Shown here piece after piece: positions 41,551-51,420 of a stretch of 64,000 nucleotides of DNA (the first letter of the stretch is position 1; every line of letters begins with the position of its first letter). The DNA lies in IMG/VR virus record IMGVR_UViG_3300030098_005649; one strand, given 5' to 3'. The DNA is from a virus (taxonomy: Duplodnaviria > Caudoviricetes). The notes under the pieces were generated by a model. That model worked only from the letters and a program-made list of their open reading frames with translations, had not been told where the DNA came from and did no database searches. The translations under genes were made by a program, and so were the position numbers.

Positions 41551-42071
41551 TTAGTTTGTATTCACTTATAAATGAAGTGACTTTGAAGAAGTGGAATCAT
41601 TTTAGACCTTTGAGTTACGATGAGATTAGAGATGAGTATGATGAATTCAAAGAGAATGATAAAACAAAATTTGTAATGCCACGATTGGCAAAAGATTGGG
41701 ATGATTTCAATGATTCCGTAAAGGTTGCACAAGAGGAAATATTTAGTGTTGAGGAGTTGAAAGAATTGTATAATTCAGATGTTGGAGAGGTTCTAACCAT
41801 TATAAAAGATGGTGGATTATCTGCGGGATTAGATGAGACAAAAAGATTATCTAATCATTATGGTAAGGATTGGAAAAGAATTTACAAGGCATTCAAATCA
41901 ACACCACCAATGAAATTACCATTACCACTTGTAGTGAGAGATAAAAATAGTGATAATTATTTATTGGCTGGAAATACTCGATTGATGGTATCTGTGTCTT
42001 TAGGATATAATATGGGTATCAATGTCATACCTTACAAGTACGAATTTAAGAGTGAGGGATTTTACTTATGA
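41547..42071 (+). CDS. ParB/Srx N-terminal-like domain protein with leader MISLYSLINE
   Basis: PLPLVVRD...YLLAGNTRL resembles the ParBc/sulfiredoxin core. Confidence 0.5.
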   Translation: MISLYSLINEVTLKKWNHFRPLSYDEIRDEYDEFKENDKTKFVMPRLAKDWDDFNDSVKVAQEEIFSVEELKELYNSDVGEVLTIIKDGGLSAGLDETKRLSNHYGKDWKRIYKAFKSTPPMKLPLPLVVRDKNSDNYLLAGNTRLMVSVSLGYNMGINVIPYKYEFKSEGFYL

Positions 42072-44260
42072 AAAAATTAATGGAACATATAGATTCTCTA
42101 ATACTAAATTGGGGAGTAGAAGACGGAAAACTATCAAGTCTTGAAGAACTATATGGAGTTTTGATAGACAAGGGATGGGATCATCCATCTGCAACTGCTT
42201 ACTTGAACAATATACATAAAGTATTTTTGGGTGAGGCACCAGAGGATGATACAAAACCACTAACTGATAAAGATAAAGAATTATTAAAACAAAAAGGACT
42301 TGCTTATATCAGAGGAACTAAACCTGCAGAATATGGTAAGAAAAATAATAAAGGTGAAGGAGAAAAACCAGCAGTATTTGTAAATGTTGATGGTAAACTT
42401 CAGAAACCAGATGAGGCTGAAAAAGATACTGATTCAAAATCAAAAGATAAAGAAGAGGACGAGACACAGAAGGCAACTCCTGATGATTTTGATGTTGATA
42501 AACACCTTGACAATCCACCAGAAAAGAAGAAAAATATTTCAAAAGAGAATCAAAAGAAAGTAAACTTTTTGAAAAAGAAAGTTGATGAGGCTCGTGATTT
42601 ATTAGATAAAGACAAACAAGACTTGGTGGACGAATGTATGGATAGGATTGAAACACTATATGATGATGATGCAACTGAAGAAGAAAAGAAAGAAGCCGCA
42701 GAATGGTTGATGAAAAATGGTAGATTCTCTACTAATGCGATGCCAAAATCTGGTCAAAGAAAAGCCTATTTGAATGGAATCGGTGGAATGAGAAAAATAT
42801 TATCTTCATCAGGAACTGTTGCATCAGAAGACTTGGTACAACAGATGGAAAAGTATGTTGATTTAGGTGAACCTTTCAATCCAAGAGCTTTGAAAGATGG
42901 ATTTAGTGCAGCAGCTAAACCAGACTTGGGTGATGAAAATATAGCAAAACCAGAGGACGATGAGAGTGTAAAGGAATTTCACGAAAGACATCCTATAATG
43001 AAAAAAATAAGGTCAGGTTTACACGGATTATATGTTGTAAAAGACAAAGATGGAAAGGCTAAAATGCCAAGTAGTCAATACTCAAAAGATTATTTGGAAC
43101 AAAGTATAAATAATCCAGCACTACAAAATACAATTGACTTTGCAAAAGAACAGGCAGAGGCTGGTAATGTTGATGAGGGAGTTCCAAAGGCGTTAGAAGC
43201 ACATCAAAAGAGATTACAAAAAATCTTGGAAGAGGTTCCTGTACCAAGTGAAGAGGCAAGAAAAGCAATTGCTGATAGTTACAATCAATTGATGGTTGAT
43301 TTACATAAGGCAGATTCGGATATTGCTAATTCAATATTGAAACAGATTGCTGAAAATAATTTATATGAACAAGAATTGGCAAATGGTGAAGAAGTATACT
43401 TACCATCTGCTGGTAACTTTCCTGCTGGAGATAAAATAAAAGTAAATGGTGGTGAGGTAGTTGCATTGATAAGTTGTAAATGGGGTAAACAAGGTAGAAC
43501 ATATGGATGTCCTGCAAACTCAAAAACTATCTGTGAATTACATCAAGATAAATCAAAACAAAATAATCAAGGACAATATCTTGGAGAAGAAGGTCATACA
43601 TTATTGATAAATGATGATTTGATAAAGGGTGAGAATAAAAAAGAAACCAAAGAAAAAACCAAAAATTGGATAAAGAAGACACTCCAAGAAGTAGACTTAG
43701 GTGACACTTTTACTGAAGAAGAAATAGAAAAAATTGCAGAAATTACTGCAGACTATATGGAAGAGATTGAACGAATTCAAGAACTCACAAAAGACCTAAA
43801 ACCTGCAGAGGTAAAGTGGGAAACTTTTCAACGAGAGATGAAAAAGATTGATGATAAGTTTAGGAAACTTATGGGTGGTGTTATCACAAAGGAACATGCG
43901 GCTGCACTTATTGGTGAAAATAATGCTGGTAATCTAATCGAAAGAGGTGGTAAGGTAAAACCAGAAGCTCTATTATCTGCAATTGAAATTGCAAATAACA
44001 TTAGAACAAATGAAACACTCACCGAGTTAGAACACAACAAACAATTCTATGATGAAAATAACGAACCAAAATTCGTAACATCAAAAGGTACAAATGACCC
44101 AAATGATTACTCAATAACATTCAGAACTCGTAGAACCAAAGGTCGTTCAGGTGGTGGATGTCAGTTATCATTTACTGGAGATGGTAAACCTGCAGATGTA
44201 GAATTGAAAGATGGTGGTGAGGTTTTAGATTCCGAGACAGGTGAAATAAAGGAAGTCTAA
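42068..44260 (+). CDS. Large charged hypothetical protein with a possible nuclease-like motif
   Basis: 730 aa, Lys/Glu/Asp-rich. NFPAGDKI...LISCKW is reminiscent of a PD-(D/E)xK variant. Confidence 0.4.
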   Translation: MKKLMEHIDSLILNWGVEDGKLSSLEELYGVLIDKGWDHPSATAYLNNIHKVFLGEAPEDDTKPLTDKDKELLKQKGLAYIRGTKPAEYGKKNNKGEGEKPAVFVNVDGKLQKPDEAEKDTDSKSKDKEEDETQKATPDDFDVDKHLDNPPEKKKNISKENQKKVNFLKKKVDEARDLLDKDKQDLVDECMDRIETLYDDDATEEEKKEAAEWLMKNGRFSTNAMPKSGQRKAYLNGIGGMRKILSSSGTVASEDLVQQMEKYVDLGEPFNPRALKDGFSAAAKPDLGDENIAKPEDDESVKEFHERHPIMKKIRSGLHGLYVVKDKDGKAKMPSSQYSKDYLEQSINNPALQNTIDFAKEQAEAGNVDEGVPKALEAHQKRLQKILEEVPVPSEEARKAIADSYNQLMVDLHKADSDIANSILKQIAENNLYEQELANGEEVYLPSAGNFPAGDKIKVNGGEVVALISCKWGKQGRTYGCPANSKTICELHQDKSKQNNQGQYLGEEGHTLLINDDLIKGENKKETKEKTKNWIKKTLQEVDLGDTFTEEEIEKIAEITADYMEEIERIQELTKDLKPAEVKWETFQREMKKIDDKFRKLMGGVITKEHAAALIGENNAGNLIERGGKVKPEALLSAIEIANNIRTNETLTELEHNKQFYDENNEPKFVTSKGTNDPNDYSITFRTRRTKGRSGGGCQLSFTGDGKPADVELKDGGEVLDSETGEIKEV

Positions 44261-44655
44261 TGAAAACTCAACTACTATGTACTTTTGCTGCACCTGATCA
44301 GTTAGACCATATTCTGTTTCTAATTTCGGAATGTAGTGATGTTTTGTTTGGTAAAATATTTGTATTGGAAAATGTAAACAATCCAAATCAGTTGATGTGT
44401 ACATATAACATAGAACAAACTGGTGATTACATTACTGATATGAGAGATACTATTTCATTACATAGAAAGAAACAGACCAATACATTGTACACAATCAATG
44501 CGATAAATTGTATAATCAAAGAATTAAACAATGGGGTACTTGATAAAAGATATGTTATTCCTTGGGATAATTATCAAAATTCTTTATTGCTAAATAAGGG
44601 ACAAGACTCTTATCAAATCATAAAAACAAAAATACACACCGTACATAATTTATAA
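44260..44655 (+). CDS. Hypothetical protein upstream of the SSB gene
   Basis: 131-aa ORF (QLLCTF, LHRKKQTNTLYTINA) coupled by a TAATG overlap. Confidence 0.65.
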   Translation: MKTQLLCTFAAPDQLDHILFLISECSDVLFGKIFVLENVNNPNQLMCTYNIEQTGDYITDMRDTISLHRKKQTNTLYTINAINCIIKELNNGVLDKRYVIPWDNYQNSLLLNKGQDSYQIIKTKIHTVHNL

Positions 44656-44823
44656 TCGTTTGAGATCTGACCGTCATATATATTAAGGATGGTCAAACAA
44701 AATAGGTTATACGAAAAGTTTTTTCGATTAATAATATTTTCCGTGATATATATTATTACAAATCAGGTTACTACTTGATTGGTAATTAACAATTAAACAA
44801 TAACACTAAATTAGGAGTAAATA

Positions 44824-45570
44824 ATGGACATTGATGCAGTTAGAAAAAGATTGAATCAACTTCAAACAACAAACACTCGGACTTCCAACCTTTGGAAACC
44901 AAGTCCTGGTAAACAGGTTATCCGAGTAATTCCTTACAAACACAATAAAGACATTCCTTTTATAGAATTGTTCTTTCACTATGATTTAGGTGGAAAGACT
45001 TATCTTTCTCCTATCACTTATGGTCGTCCTGACCCGATTGAAGAGTTTGCAAGTAAACTAAAACAATCAGGTAGTCGTGATGATTTTCGTCTTGGTCGTA
45101 AGTTAGAAGCTAAGATGAGAACATTTGCACCAGTAATTGTTCGTGGTGAAGAGAATGAGGGTGTTCGCTTTTGGGGATTCGGTAAAACAGTATATCAAGA
45201 ATTACTTTCAGTAATTGCCGATCCTGATTATGGTGATATTACAGATCCAGTAAATGGTCGTGATATTTCTGTAGAGTTCCTAACGGCTGAGGAAACAGGT
45301 GCTAGTTATCCAAAAACTAACATCAGAGTCAAACCAAATCAGACCGCCATCACAGAAGATGCTCAAAAACTTGAGAGTCTTTTGGAGAATCAATCAGACT
45401 TACGAGAGATTTATACAGAACTTTCGTATGATGAATTGACAGATGTATTGAACCAATGGTTACAAGGTACTGAAGAAGAAGAAGCTGAAGAGAAGAAGTC
45501 TCCAGCTTTAGACACTGCAACTTCTAATGTAAATGTAGAAGATGCATTTGATGACCTTTTCAATAAGTAA
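44824..45570 (+). CDS. Single-stranded DNA-binding protein (T4 gp32-like)
   Basis: LWKPSPGKQVIRVIPY, DPIEEF, FWGFGKTVYQEL, DITDPVNGRD and an acidic C-terminal tail ending EDAFDDLFNK. Confidence 0.85.
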   Translation: MDIDAVRKRLNQLQTTNTRTSNLWKPSPGKQVIRVIPYKHNKDIPFIELFFHYDLGGKTYLSPITYGRPDPIEEFASKLKQSGSRDDFRLGRKLEAKMRTFAPVIVRGEENEGVRFWGFGKTVYQELLSVIADPDYGDITDPVNGRDISVEFLTAEETGASYPKTNIRVKPNQTAITEDAQKLESLLENQSDLREIYTELSYDELTDVLNQWLQGTEEEEAEEKKSPALDTATSNVNVEDAFDDLFNK

Positions 45571-45582
45571 ATAACAATAATA

Positions 45583-45646
45583 TTTGGGTGGTATCCTACA
45601 GAACCAAGCGATGAGAGGGCTGTGTTTGTATGCCCAACCACCCAAA
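45583..45646 (+). other. Extended intergenic RNA hairpin between the SSB and recA genes
   Basis: Perfect 10-bp outer stem TTTGGGTGGT / ACCACCCAAA enclosing further pairing (TACAGA / TTTGTA and AGC / GCT). Confidence 0.6.
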
Positions 45647-45668
45647 GTTTTAACATTAGGAGTAATAT

Positions 45669-46766
45669 ATGCCTACAAAAGAAGATTTGGCTCAAGTTTT
45701 AGCTGAAAATCTAAACAAGAGTTTCAAAGATTACAAAGTTGCTTACTTTTTGGGAGAGGCTTCACAATCACCAACAGATGTAAAAGATTTCATTTCTACA
45801 GGTAGTAGTATGTTGGATTTGGCTATTTCAAATAGACAAAATGGTGGAATTGCAGTTGGTAGAATTACTGAAATCAACGGATTGGAATCAAGTGGTAAAT
45901 CATTACTTGGTGCTCATATATTATCCGAAACTCAGAAGAAAGGTGGAGTCGCAGTTTATATAGATACTGAGACTTCAGTTAGTCAGCAATTTCTTGGGGC
46001 TATAGGTGTTGATGTTTCAAAGATGTTGTATTTACATCTCGAAACTGTGGAAGACATCTTTCAGGCTATTGAAGAAATTGTAACTAAAGTTCGTGAGTCC
46101 GATAAGGATAGGTTGGTAACTATTCTTATTGATTCATTAGCTGCAGCTTCTACTAAGGTAGAGATGGATGCTGACTTTGATAAAGATGGTTGGGCAACTG
46201 CGAAGGCAATCATCATATCAAAGGCAATGAGAAAAATCACACAGATGATTGGTAGACAAAACATAGCCTTGGTATTTACAAACCAACTCAGACAGAAACT
46301 CGGAGTTATGTTTGGAGATCCTTGGACAACAAGTGGTGGGAAGGCCTTACCATTTCACGCATCAACTCGTATTCGACTAAAGAATATGGGACAAATCAAG
46401 GATAATAAGAAAAATATTCTTGGGATGAAGTGTAGGGCTCAAATAATCAAGAATAGACTTGGCCCACCATTACGACACGCAGACTATGATATGTATTTCG
46501 AGAGTGGAATTGACAATCTTGGTGGTTGGTTGACTGTGTTGAAAGACCACAAATTAGTAAAGTCCGCAGGTGCTTGGTATACATTAGTAGATGGAGAAGG
46601 TAAAGAACATAAATTTCAATCAAAAGATTGGGACGAACTTATGGAAGATGAAGAGTTGAAATCTTATGTCTATGACCTTATTTGTAATAAAGTAATATTA
46701 CAATATAAAACAGAAGATATGGGAATCGATGATATTGAATATACAGACGAGATAGTTGGGGACTAA
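45669..46766 (+). CDS. recA: RecA/UvsX-like recombinase
   Basis: ISTGSSMLDLAI, Walker A GLESSGKS, IDSLAA, FTNQLR, TTSGGKALPFHAS. Confidence 0.95.
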   Translation: MPTKEDLAQVLAENLNKSFKDYKVAYFLGEASQSPTDVKDFISTGSSMLDLAISNRQNGGIAVGRITEINGLESSGKSLLGAHILSETQKKGGVAVYIDTETSVSQQFLGAIGVDVSKMLYLHLETVEDIFQAIEEIVTKVRESDKDRLVTILIDSLAAASTKVEMDADFDKDGWATAKAIIISKAMRKITQMIGRQNIALVFTNQLRQKLGVMFGDPWTTSGGKALPFHASTRIRLKNMGQIKDNKKNILGMKCRAQIIKNRLGPPLRHADYDMYFESGIDNLGGWLTVLKDHKLVKSAGAWYTLVDGEGKEHKFQSKDWDELMEDEELKSYVYDLICNKVILQYKTEDMGIDDIEYTDEIVGD

Positions 46767-47803
46767 TGAAAAAAGAGTATCTATCTATCTTGGAAGAAAT
46801 CAAGAAGAATGGTGGAAAAGATAATCTTGGTGAATTGAACGATAAGGTTCTAATCATTGATGGGTTGAACACTTTTATAAGATGTTTTAGTGCGATACCA
46901 ACAACAAATGATGATGGAGAACACATCGGTGGTTTATCAGGATTTCTCAAATCAATAGGTTATGTCGTGAGTATGGTCAGACCCACACGAGCTATCGTGG
47001 TATTCGATGGTAAAGGTGGGTCTACCAGAAGAAGAAAACTCTATCCTGAATATAAACAAGGTAGGAAAATGTCAGAAAGACTAAATCGTGCCGATGGACT
47101 ATTCAATGAGAAGAATGATGAACGATTTTCTATGATGAAACAACTGAGAAGAGTTGTTGAGTATCTTGAGTATCTTCCTGTATTGACATATTCTGTTGAT
47201 GGAATTGAGGCTGATGATACCATTGGTTATCTAACTAAACAATGTCTCAAAGAATCTGAAGTCATTATAATGTCTACTGATAAAGACTTTCTTCAATTGG
47301 TTAGTGATAGGGTGAGTGTTTATTCACCAACAAAGAAAAAATTCTACAAACCACCACAAGTATTAGAAGAATATGGTGTTAGTTCAAAGAATCTTTTATA
47401 CTATAGAATTATAGAAGGAGATAAAAGTGACAACATAAAAGGTGTTCGTGGAATTGGTGGAAAGACAATACAGAAATGGGAAGTTTTATCAAAAGATAAA
47501 ATGATTTCAATGGATGAGTTGATTAGTTTAGATAAAAGACTTTCAGACTCTTCAAACACATTAGATATAAATTACAAATTGATGCAGTTACACGATGTAA
47601 ATATAAGTGGAACTACAAAAATAAACATATTGGATAGGTTAGATGAACCACCTACAGAACTGAAAAAGGTGAAGTTTCAGAAACTATTCTTAGAGGATAA
47701 ACTATATGGTGCAATTCCAAATATTGATAGTTGGTTGAATTCAACTTGGAGTATGATAAATCACATAGTAAAGAACACAAATGGGAAGAAAGAAAATTTA
47801 TAA
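46766..47803 (+). CDS. 5'-3' exonuclease / flap endonuclease (T4 RNase H-like)
   Basis: IIDGLN, VFDG, EADD, STDKD and GDKSDNIKGVRGIGGKT. Confidence 0.9.
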   Translation: MKKEYLSILEEIKKNGGKDNLGELNDKVLIIDGLNTFIRCFSAIPTTNDDGEHIGGLSGFLKSIGYVVSMVRPTRAIVVFDGKGGSTRRRKLYPEYKQGRKMSERLNRADGLFNEKNDERFSMMKQLRRVVEYLEYLPVLTYSVDGIEADDTIGYLTKQCLKESEVIIMSTDKDFLQLVSDRVSVYSPTKKKFYKPPQVLEEYGVSSKNLLYYRIIEGDKSDNIKGVRGIGGKTIQKWEVLSKDKMISMDELISLDKRLSDSSNTLDINYKLMQLHDVNISGTTKINILDRLDEPPTELKKVKFQKLFLEDKLYGAIPNIDSWLNSTWSMINHIVKNTNGKKENL

Positions 47804-47960
47804 CACGGAAGAAGAAAAGCGACAGGCTCAAAGAAAATGGCAAGCCGAATACTATCTTCGTAATAAAGAATCGATTAAGAAGAAAGCTCGTGATAGATAT
47901 AGATTGAAGAAGTCAAAGGAAATCCGTGAAAGAAGAAACAAAGAATTATATGGAGAGTAA
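47781..47960 (+). CDS. Small basic helical protein (59 aa, absent from the ORF track)
   Basis: MGRKKIYNTEEEKRQAQRKWQAEYYLRNKESIKKKARDRYRLKKSKEIRERRNKELYGE*. It fills the exonuclease-helicase gap and stops 3 nt before the helicase ATG. Confidence 0.7.
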   Translation: MGRKKIYNTEEEKRQAQRKWQAEYYLRNKESIKKKARDRYRLKKSKEIRERRNKELYGE

Positions 47961-47963
47961 AAT

Positions 47964-49310
47964 ATGGCAGATAGTCTAAACGATTATGGACCAACTTTTC
48001 AAACTAAAATACTATCGTCATTATTGACAGACAAGGTATTTATATCTACTATTATCGACATCATAGAAGTAGATTATTTTCAATCAGATGCAAACAAATG
48101 GATTGTGAAAACAATCGAAAAATATTTTATGGAGTATAAGACTCCACCATCACTTGATGCACTCAAAGTAGAATTGAAGAAACTAAAGAATGATGTTCTT
48201 CAAGTTGCTGTAGTTGAGGCTTTGAAATCGGCTTGGACTCATAGAGAGTCTGATGATTTAGATTATGTAAAGGATGAAATATTAGATTTTTGTAAAAATC
48301 AAAAACTAAAAAAGGCAATATTAGAATCAGTTGATTTGTTAGAAAATAAAGATTATGATGGTATAAAAATGGTAGTAGATACGGCAATGAGAGCTGGAAC
48401 TACAAGAGATTTAGGACACGATTATATAAGTGGTTTTGAGGAAAGACTTGAAACATCGGCTAGAAAGACCACACCAACACCTTGGCCAGTAATAAATGAT
48501 ATAATGGATGGTGGATTAGGTGGTGGTGAACTTGGTGTTATGGTTGCACCAGCTGGTATTGGTAAGACTTGGTTTTTACAAACTGTTGGTGCGGATGCAA
48601 TAAAGAAAGGTATGAAAGTTGTACACTATACACTTGAGTTGAATCAGGCTTATGTTGGTTTGAGATACGATACTATTATTTCAGGTATCAATACTCAACA
48701 ATTGAAGTATTATAAGGAAGATGTACAATCAAAGTTATTTGACATACAAGGTAATCTGATGATAAAGTATTACCCTACAAGAACTGCATCGGTTCAGACA
48801 ATATCATCTCATCTAAAACAATTAGAGTTGATAGAGTTCAAACCAGATGTTATTGTTGTTGATTATGCAGATATACTGAAACCCATATCAAATTATAGAG
48901 AGAAAAGATTGAATTTGGGTGAGACTTATGAACATCTTAGAGGTATGGCTGGTGAGTTTGATGTTCCTGTATGGACTGCATCTCAGGCAAATCGTAGTTC
49001 TTTAGAGGAAGAGGTAATTGGTGCGGATAAAGTTAGTGAAGACTATAGTAAGGTAATGACTGCAGATTTTGTTATGTCGATTAGTAGAAAAGTAGAAGAT
49101 AAAGTTGCTAATCTTGCAAGAGTTCATATTATAAAAAATAGATTTGGTGTGGATGGTGTCACATACCCAACTGATATGAATACTGATATTGGTAAAATTA
49201 TGGTAAATGATAGTAATACCAAACAAGGTCAGATTGCGAGTGAAAAGATGAATAACTCAGAAGAATATTTGAGGAAAATGGCAAAAAATCGATTCGACAA
49301 TCTCAGTTGA
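47964..49310 (+). CDS. Replicative DNA helicase (DnaB / T4 gp41-like)
   Basis: Walker A APAGIGKT, HYTLEL, IVVDYADIL, PVWTASQANR and IKNRFG. Confidence 0.93.
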   Translation: MADSLNDYGPTFQTKILSSLLTDKVFISTIIDIIEVDYFQSDANKWIVKTIEKYFMEYKTPPSLDALKVELKKLKNDVLQVAVVEALKSAWTHRESDDLDYVKDEILDFCKNQKLKKAILESVDLLENKDYDGIKMVVDTAMRAGTTRDLGHDYISGFEERLETSARKTTPTPWPVINDIMDGGLGGGELGVMVAPAGIGKTWFLQTVGADAIKKGMKVVHYTLELNQAYVGLRYDTIISGINTQQLKYYKEDVQSKLFDIQGNLMIKYYPTRTASVQTISSHLKQLELIEFKPDVIVVDYADILKPISNYREKRLNLGETYEHLRGMAGEFDVPVWTASQANRSSLEEEVIGADKVSEDYSKVMTADFVMSISRKVEDKVANLARVHIIKNRFGVDGVTYPTDMNTDIGKIMVNDSNTKQGQIASEKMNNSEEYLRKMAKNRFDNLS

Positions 49311-49360
49311 GTATAATTATAAATGTATGTTATGGACACGAAATATTGGGAGTTTTTTGA

Positions 49361-51370
49361 ATGAGTAAATTTCAGTTATCAGATAATTTTATAAATAAGT
49401 ACAAGAGGAAAAAAGCTCCTTTTGGTTTTAATGGATTAGGTGAGTTGGTTTATATGAGAACCTACTCAAGAATCAAGGACAATGGCAAAAACGAAAGATG
49501 GTGGGAAACAGTACAACGAGTTGTAGAGGGAACTTACAACATGCAAATGAATTGGATTGAATCACATCAATTAGGGTGGAATCCCTGGCAAGCACAGAGG
49601 TCAGCACAAGATATGTATGACCGTATTTTCAATATGAAGTTCTTACCGCCAGGTCGTGGTTTGTGGGCAATGGGAACACCAATCACAGAGGAAAAAGGAC
49701 TATATGCCGCCCTAAATAATTGTGCCTTTGTATCAACAAAAACAATAAAAGAAGACTATGCCAAACCTTTTTGTTTCCTTATGGATGCAAGTATGTTGGG
49801 TGTTGGTGTTGGGTTCGATACAAAAGGTGCTGGAGAGATAGTAGTCAAAGGTATAAACAAGGATAGAGATGTTCAGACATTTCAAATACCTGATACTCGT
49901 GAGGGTTGGGTTGAGTCACTAAAGTTACTATTAGAAAGTTACTTTCACGGACAGGCACCAATGGAGTTTGACTACTCAATAATAAGACCAGCTGGTGTAC
50001 CAATAAAAGGTTTTGGTGGAGTTAGTTCAGGACCAGAACCACTAAAAGAAGTACACGAAGATATAAGAAAAGTACTTGAAAAGAATAGTGGAGAACCAAT
50101 CTCAATCACTACAATTGTTGATATTATGAATCTTATCGGTAAATGTGTAGTGGCTGGTAATGTTAGAAGAACGGCTGAGATTGTATTTGGAGACCCACAT
50201 TCAGAAGAATATTTAGATTTGAAAAATTATAAAGTAAATCCACATAGAGAACAATATGGATGGACAAGTAATAACTCCATATTTGCAGAGTTGGGTATGG
50301 ATTATACAGAAGCTGCAAAAAGAATTGCAGACAATGGAGAACCAGGATTTGCTTGGTTAGAAAATATGAGACAATATTCTCGTATGAAAAATGGTGGAGA
50401 CAATAAAGACCATAGAGTAATGGGTGGTAATCCTTGTTTGGAACAATCATTAGAATCATACGAATTGTGTTGTTTGGTAGAAACATTTCCTGAAAATCAC
50501 GATGATTTTGAGGATTATGCGAGAACACTAAAATATGCATACTTGTATGCAAAAACAGTAACACTTGGTAGAACTCATTGGAGTGATACAAATCGAGTTA
50601 TGTTGAGAAATAGGAGAATCGGTTGTAGTGTAAGTGGTGTTGCTCAGTTTATAACAAATAGAGGTTTAGATGAACTGAAAGAATGGTTGAATGGTGGATT
50701 TGATGTTATCCAACAATGGGATAAACAATATTCAGATTGGATGGCAGTTCCACGATCTATCAAGACCACATCGGTCAAACCATCAGGAACAGTTTCATTA
50801 TTAGCAGGAGCGACTCCAGGATTACATTACCCTGAGAGTCGTTTTTACATTAGGAGAATAAGAGTTTCAAAACATTCGGAACTATTAGAACCTATGAAAA
50901 AAGCAGGTTACAAAGTAGAACCAGCATTTGGTTCAGAAGACACAACTATGGTTGTCGAAGTACCAGTAGATGTCGGTGAGGGGATTAGAACAGCGGCTGA
51001 ACTTTCGATTTGGGAACAATTCAGTTTAGCCGCTTTTCTTCAACGACATTGGGCAGACAACCAAGTAAGTTGTACGGTTACATTCAATCCAGAAACGGAG
51101 ACAGACCAAATTGCTCCGTGTTTGAATTATTATCAGTATCACCTAAAGGGTATTAGTTTATTACCAAGACACGATTATGGGGCTTATCCTCAAATGCCAT
51201 ATGAAGGTATTGATGAGAAAACCTATGAGAAAGAAGTAAAGAAATTAGGTAAACTATCCTTTGGTGTGATAAAGAATGAAGAGGCAGAAGTAGATAAATT
51301 TTGTAACAACGATAGTTGTGAAATCATTCCAACCACTGGTGATAATGATGACCAAGATTATGCAAATTAG
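49361..51370 (+). CDS. nrdJ: Class II (adenosylcobalamin-dependent) monomeric ribonucleotide reductase
   Basis: MRTYSR, FLPPGRGLW, ALNNC, GNVRRTAEI, catalytic GGNPCLEQ, ELCCLVE and TSVKPSGTVSLLAG. No nrdB-like gene is adjacent. Confidence 0.92.
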   Translation: MSKFQLSDNFINKYKRKKAPFGFNGLGELVYMRTYSRIKDNGKNERWWETVQRVVEGTYNMQMNWIESHQLGWNPWQAQRSAQDMYDRIFNMKFLPPGRGLWAMGTPITEEKGLYAALNNCAFVSTKTIKEDYAKPFCFLMDASMLGVGVGFDTKGAGEIVVKGINKDRDVQTFQIPDTREGWVESLKLLLESYFHGQAPMEFDYSIIRPAGVPIKGFGGVSSGPEPLKEVHEDIRKVLEKNSGEPISITTIVDIMNLIGKCVVAGNVRRTAEIVFGDPHSEEYLDLKNYKVNPHREQYGWTSNNSIFAELGMDYTEAAKRIADNGEPGFAWLENMRQYSRMKNGGDNKDHRVMGGNPCLEQSLESYELCCLVETFPENHDDFEDYARTLKYAYLYAKTVTLGRTHWSDTNRVMLRNRRIGCSVSGVAQFITNRGLDELKEWLNGGFDVIQQWDKQYSDWMAVPRSIKTTSVKPSGTVSLLAGATPGLHYPESRFYIRRIRVSKHSELLEPMKKAGYKVEPAFGSEDTTMVVEVPVDVGEGIRTAAELSIWEQFSLAAFLQRHWADNQVSCTVTFNPETETDQIAPCLNYYQYHLKGISLLPRHDYGAYPQMPYEGIDEKTYEKEVKKLGKLSFGVIKNEEAEVDKFCNNDSCEIIPTTGDNDDQDYAN

Positions 51371-51386
51371 ACTTACAAAACAGCGG

Positions 51387-51420
51387 ACAGGCAGACGACA
51401 CACCTGTAAAAAAATGTGTC
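51387..51420 (+). ncRNA. Predicted H-type pseudoknot in the leader of the TonB-dependent receptor gene
   Basis: S1 ACAGG(51387-91)/CCUGU(51403-07), S2 GACACA(51397-402)/UGUGUC(51415-20), L1 CAGAC, L2 0 nt, L3 A7. All 11 pairs are Watson-Crick. Confidence 0.6.

Noticed and set aside
51368-51409. Pseudoknot-stimulated readthrough of the nrdJ TAG
   Set aside because: The spacer to the pseudoknot is 16 nt. Readthrough would add only 12 residues before a TAA and would not reach the TBDR frame.
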